Source: Minisyncoccia bacterium (lineage in GTDB: Bacteria > Patescibacteriota > Minisyncoccia > Phycocordibacterales > UBA918). From it: a stretch of 64,000 nucleotides of DNA. The notes below the pieces were generated by a model. That model made no database searches and had not been told where the DNA came from. It worked only from the letters and a program-made list of their open reading frames with translations. The stretch lies in contig JBGSJJ010000005.1 of assembly GCA_041742075.1 (NCBI GenBank), positions 17,648 through 81,647 on the forward strand, in the 5' to 3' direction. Of the stretch, positions 60,045 through 64,000 are shown piece by piece (within the stretch, counting starts at the first letter, position 1; each line of letters opens with the position of its first letter). The position numbers and the translations under genes were made by a program.

Positions 60045-61286
60045 ATGATTGGAATCCTCGACTGCAATAACTTTTTTGTGTCGTGCGAACGGCTTTTTCG
60101 GCCTGATTTACGGACGAAGCCAGTCGCGGTACTGTCTTCAAACGATGGTTGTGTCGTGGCGCGCAGTCAAGAAATCAAAGATTTGGGTATCCCGATGGGG
60201 GTGCCGTATTTTCAAATCAAGGATATTGCGAGTAAAGCTGGGGCAGTATTCTTTTCTTCTAACTTCACCTTATACCGTGATGTTTCAGCGAGGGTGATGC
60301 AGGCACTCAAGGATGAGGTGGGCGCAATCGAAAAATACTCGATTGATGAGTCATTCTTTACGATGTCAGACTCAATTACTGAGGCGGAGCTACTTGGTAT
60401 CAGAAATCGGATTATACACGTAACAGGTATTCCGGTCTCCATTGGTGTGGCGAGCACGAAAACTATTGCGAAGCAGGCCAGTAAACGAGCTAAGAAGGGA
60501 ACTGGGGTGTGTATTTTGAACAACCAGGACTGGGGTGTCGTGCAAAATACTGTTTTATGTGGCGAGGTGTGGGGGATTGGTCGCCAAACCACGACTAAGT
60601 TGCGTAGCTTAGAGATAAAAACTGTCGCTGAGCTACTTCAGGTACCCCGAAGCGAGATACGGAAGCTGTTTGGCGTGGTCGGGGAACGGATTGTCGCTGA
60701 ACTCAGTGGGGTATCGGTGCTACCGGTAGAAGCTGGTGTGCAAGAAGCGAGGCAAAGTATCACGAGCTCTCGTTCGTTTGCCAAAGTAATCCAAAACCAA
60801 TCAGAGCTTGCGAGTGCTATCTCTTTTCACGTGGCTGAATGTGCCCATAAGCTTCGGCAAGAAGACCTCGTGGCTCTTAAAATGATTGTGTATCTCCGAG
60901 CCAGTCGGTTCAGCGATTTTGGCCACCGGGGAGGCGTCAAAGAGATAGTTCTGCCTGTCCCGACGAATAAAACAAGTACCCTTACCAAGCAGGCTCTTAA
61001 CGCCGTTGAGGAGTTATATGATTCAGAAATTCCGTACAAAAAAGCCGGAGTAGTACTAAATAGTGTCATGCTCAAACGATTTGTACCGACTAGTTTATTT
61101 GGTGAAGAGTCAGCTGAGGCAGATAGCGTACTTGATGAACTCACTGATAGTCTCAACAGTAAGTTTGGAGCAGAGAGTCTGAGGCTCGCTTCGGTTCGAA
61201 CCAAAAATGGTTACGTGAGCGCTAAGCTACGTTCTCAAGCCTATACGACACGGTGGAGCGATATCCCCAGGGTACAGGCAAAATAA
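60045..61286 (+). CDS. umuC: Y-family DNA polymerase, UmuC-type (start 60045)
   Basis: LDCNNFFVSCERLFRPDL, VLSSNDGCVVARS, YSIDE, YKKAGV and S.AYTTRW motifs. Confidence 0.92.
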   Translation: MIGILDCNNFFVSCERLFRPDLRTKPVAVLSSNDGCVVARSQEIKDLGIPMGVPYFQIKDIASKAGAVFFSSNFTLYRDVSARVMQALKDEVGAIEKYSIDESFFTMSDSITEAELLGIRNRIIHVTGIPVSIGVASTKTIAKQASKRAKKGTGVCILNNQDWGVVQNTVLCGEVWGIGRQTTTKLRSLEIKTVAELLQVPRSEIRKLFGVVGERIVAELSGVSVLPVEAGVQEARQSITSSRSFAKVIQNQSELASAISFHVAECAHKLRQEDLVALKMIVYLRASRFSDFGHRGGVKEIVLPVPTNKTSTLTKQALNAVEELYDSEIPYKKAGVVLNSVMLKRFVPTSLFGEESAEADSVLDELTDSLNSKFGAESLRLASVRTKNGYVSAKLRSQAYTTRWSDIPRVQAK

Positions 61287-61627
61287 GTGTCTATGAGTCA
61301 AAAAGACACAGAATTACGTGTCTGATATGTACCTTTAAAGACAGTAATTAGCGGTGACCATACATAAGCCTTCAAATGGTTTACTAATTGAACCGGAATT
61401 TGTGATAAGAAAAAGACACTTATCAACACAATACATAAGACAAAAACACAATGTCTTTATATACTATATGTAGATCGGGATAGACAGTATAGAAACGTTT
61501 TGATGTAAGGCTCAAGTTTTATATCACCAAAATATTTCTTCTCCACGCTGTCTATAAGCCGAGCAGATGACGCGCGTATTGTTTTCGCGAGACATCAAGT
61601 TATTTACAAATTAAATACAAAAAGAAC

Positions 61628-62701
61628 ATGTTCGTATTATCTAATCGAGCTAGCTCTGCAAGTCAAGTGATCGCGACACTTCTTGCAATTGCACTAGTGA
61701 TGTGGGCCATCGGCTTCAATCACTTTGCACAAGCAGCTAACCTCACCTTTGTCAGTAACACTCTTACTGACTCAGATCCAAGTGCATTTTCGGGTCACTT
61801 TATTGAATTTACAATTCCCGCAGCCTCATCGCTCGGAGCAGGAGATGACATTGTCATTACCTTTCCAACGGGATTCGCTAGTGTGACTGACCTAGTGAGC
61901 GGGGACCTAGTAGTACGTGTTGACGGAGGAGCTGCCGAAACTATTGGCAACTTTGACTCAACTGGTCAGGTAGTAACTTTTGACGGAGTTGTTGCAGTGG
62001 CAGGAGAAACAATCAGTGTTGAAGTTGCTGAAGGTATTGTCATCAACCCTGCTGTGATTGCTTCATATGAGTTCATAATCACTACTCCGGTTGACCGAGG
62101 AGAAACACAAGTTGCTATTGTTGACAACGTTCTTGTAACAGCCAACGTAGCGACACAGTTTACCTTCACTATCGGTGGAATGGCTACTGGTACTTCAGTT
62201 AACAGTGAAGCGTCAACCATTACTGGTTCTACCACAACTATTCCTTTCGGAACTCTCGTTGCTGGAGTACCACAAGCAATTGCTCAACGTCTAACGGTAA
62301 CTACCAATGCCGACCGAGGCTTCGTAGTAACTGTTGAACAAGATCAAAACTTACTCTCTTCTAACGGATCTGACATTGACGCTTTTGAGATGGGTTCATA
62401 TGAGAATACCCCGTCACCATGGTCTGCTCCAATTCCAAGCATTAGTGATGAAAATACTTGGGGGCACTGGGGTCTTACTACAAACGATGCCAACCTAACG
62501 GGAGGAGCGTTTGCAGCTAACGACTTCGTAGCTGCCAGTACAACACCACGTCTTATCTTTGACCACGATGGTCCATCTGATGGACTTACGCAAAATGCCG
62601 GTCTCGTTGATGTGCTGTATAAGATTCAGATCACTGCCCTCCAGGAAGCGGCTGATGACTACAACACAACACTTACCTACATCGCTACTCCTACGTTTTA
62701 A
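61628..62701 (+). CDS. Secreted beta-sheet protein with WxL-like C-terminus
   Basis: Signal peptide ending AQA; IPFGTL..LTVTTNA..GFVVTV; ends YNTTLTYIATPTF. Confidence 0.6.
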   Translation: MFVLSNRASSASQVIATLLAIALVMWAIGFNHFAQAANLTFVSNTLTDSDPSAFSGHFIEFTIPAASSLGAGDDIVITFPTGFASVTDLVSGDLVVRVDGGAAETIGNFDSTGQVVTFDGVVAVAGETISVEVAEGIVINPAVIASYEFIITTPVDRGETQVAIVDNVLVTANVATQFTFTIGGMATGTSVNSEASTITGSTTTIPFGTLVAGVPQAIAQRLTVTTNADRGFVVTVEQDQNLLSSNGSDIDAFEMGSYENTPSPWSAPIPSISDENTWGHWGLTTNDANLTGGAFAANDFVAASTTPRLIFDHDGPSDGLTQNAGLVDVLYKIQITALQEAADDYNTTLTYIATPTF

Positions 62702-62716
62702 CCAAAACGTTTAAGT

Positions 62717-62750
62717 ACAACAAAAGCCCCACAAGGGGCTTTTGTTGTAT
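62717..62750 (+). terminator. Intrinsic terminator
   Basis: TACAACAAAAGCCCC-ACAA-GGGGCTTTTGTTGTA. Confidence 0.75.
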
Positions 62751-62816
62751 TTATGTACATCTACATACGCAATTAGTACCTGCTTAGTGCTAGAATGAAT
62801 AAATTATTCTAACCTA

Positions 62817-63896
62817 ATGTATATGTCGAAAGTTTCAACTCGCCTTGGTTTTATTGCTGTAGTTTCTACCTTACTTTTCTTCGCTCTGACCACGTTTTCG
62901 TTTGCGCAAGGTGAAACCGGAATCTCTATAAAACCGGCTTTGGTTGAAGAGACGGCTGACCCTGGTGAGCAGTTGATTTTTGATATCTCAGTTACTAACC
63001 TTAGTGAGTTTGAACAGACCTACTACTTATCTGTTCGTGACATAGTGGGAGCCGGCGACAACGGAGCACCTATCTTTGCTGATGAGTCTCTTGAGCTTAC
63101 CGGTTTTGAGATATCACAGTGGGTTACTCTAGGAGCTGAAGAAATTTTGGTTGCTCCAGGAGCTGACAAGATTGTGACCGTAACGATTAATGTCCCGACT
63201 GACGCTACACCGGGTAGTCACTTTGGTGGTGTGTTTACTTCTTTGGTTCCACCTAAAATGCGAGAGTCAGGAGCAGCGGTTGGGTACGACGTAGGTAACA
63301 TTATTAGTATCCGGATTGCAGGCGACGTGCTCGAACAGGGAACGATTCGTTCGTTTTCTACTGGAAACTACATATATGGCAATTTAAATGTTGATTTTAA
63401 TGCCCGCGTCGAAAACAGCGGAAACACGCTTATTCGTCCGTTTGGACCGCTTGAGGTTTATAACATGTTTGGTCAGAGAGTTGATACGCTCACGTTTAAT
63501 GAGTCACAAGCTGGTGTGTTCCCAAAACAGACGCGAGAATTTACGATAAATTGGACGGGAGAAGGACAAGGTTTTGGTCGGTATAAGGCCAACCTTAGTC
63601 TTATCTATGGTCCCCAAGGACAACAACAGACGATGTCCAACACGGTTACGTTCTGGGTGTTACCGATAAATATTATTTTGCCAGCGGGAGGCGTACTGGC
63701 TGTGCTACTTTTGATCGTATACATAAGTGTAAAAATGTATGTGCGGAGTCAACTACGGATGGTAGCTGGTGCCTCGCGAAGAATTGCTTCAGCTCGTAGG
63801 CAGGGTCCTGGTGCGTCAGCTTTTCTTTTGGTTTTTATTTCTATGCTCACGGTGACCGCGCTCTTCTTGATCCTTCTTCTGGTGCTGTTTGCCTAG
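62817..63896 (+). CDS. DUF916/DUF3324-like (WxL-partner-like) membrane-anchored protein
   Basis: PGE..ISVTN, SQWV, TINVPTDATPGSHFGGV, VENSGNT, GRYKA.L.L.YG and FWVLP followed by TM. Confidence 0.65.
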   Translation: MYMSKVSTRLGFIAVVSTLLFFALTTFSFAQGETGISIKPALVEETADPGEQLIFDISVTNLSEFEQTYYLSVRDIVGAGDNGAPIFADESLELTGFEISQWVTLGAEEILVAPGADKIVTVTINVPTDATPGSHFGGVFTSLVPPKMRESGAAVGYDVGNIISIRIAGDVLEQGTIRSFSTGNYIYGNLNVDFNARVENSGNTLIRPFGPLEVYNMFGQRVDTLTFNESQAGVFPKQTREFTINWTGEGQGFGRYKANLSLIYGPQGQQQTMSNTVTFWVLPINIILPAGGVLAVLLLIVYISVKMYVRSQLRMVAGASRRIASARRQGPGASAFLLVFISMLTVTALFLILLLVLFA

Positions 63897-63945
63897 GTAC
63901 ACTGCAGATTGGTCTTGTAGCATCGACTTGGTATACTACATATAT

Positions 63946-64000
63946 ATGAAAGATTCACTCTATCACACCATATTACGGGTGAGTGCACTGACACTAACTC
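63946..64000 (+). CDS. 5' end of a gene running off the window (MKDSLYHTILRVSALTLT...)
   Basis: TGGTATACT shortly upstream of the ATG; frame is open to the window end. Confidence 0.5.
   Translation, partial: MKDSLYHTILRVSALTLT

Overview
This 64-kb window is gene-dense bacterial chromosome in code 11 (TGA is used as a stop). Gene content and style (no biosynthetic pathways, many membrane-anchored or secreted proteins, mostly leaderless or AT-rich Shine-Dalgarno-free starts) suggest a Patescibacteria/CPR (Parcubacteria-like) genome; this is an inference. Housekeeping genes: groES-groEL, typA, rnj, secG, htpX, lemA, a pseudouridine synthase, tRNA-Ser(GGA), two mgtE, a Zur/ZIP zinc module, and UV/oxidative repair genes (class II photolyase, MutY, UmuD, UmuC). 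The top finding is at 27.3-28.7 kb: two tandem genes each fuse a receiver-less, CtrA-like winged-helix DNA-binding domain to a SciP (DUF1153)-like domain. These are modules of the alphaproteobacterial cell-cycle master regulator and its inhibitor, so the genes are candidate host cell-cycle manipulators. They belong to a small set of orphan genes with strong Shine-Dalgarno sites in an otherwise SD-poor genome. Other notable items: a 14-kb SipW/TasA-like plus class F sortase surface-fibre locus with a non-LPXTG sorting motif; a WxL/DUF916-like pair; two candidate structured RNAs; ERIC-like elements at stop codons; a tRNA flanked by direct and inverted copies of its own ends; and two likely pseudo-enzymes. 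All family calls come from motif recognition by eye and from memory of the families; no database searches were run.
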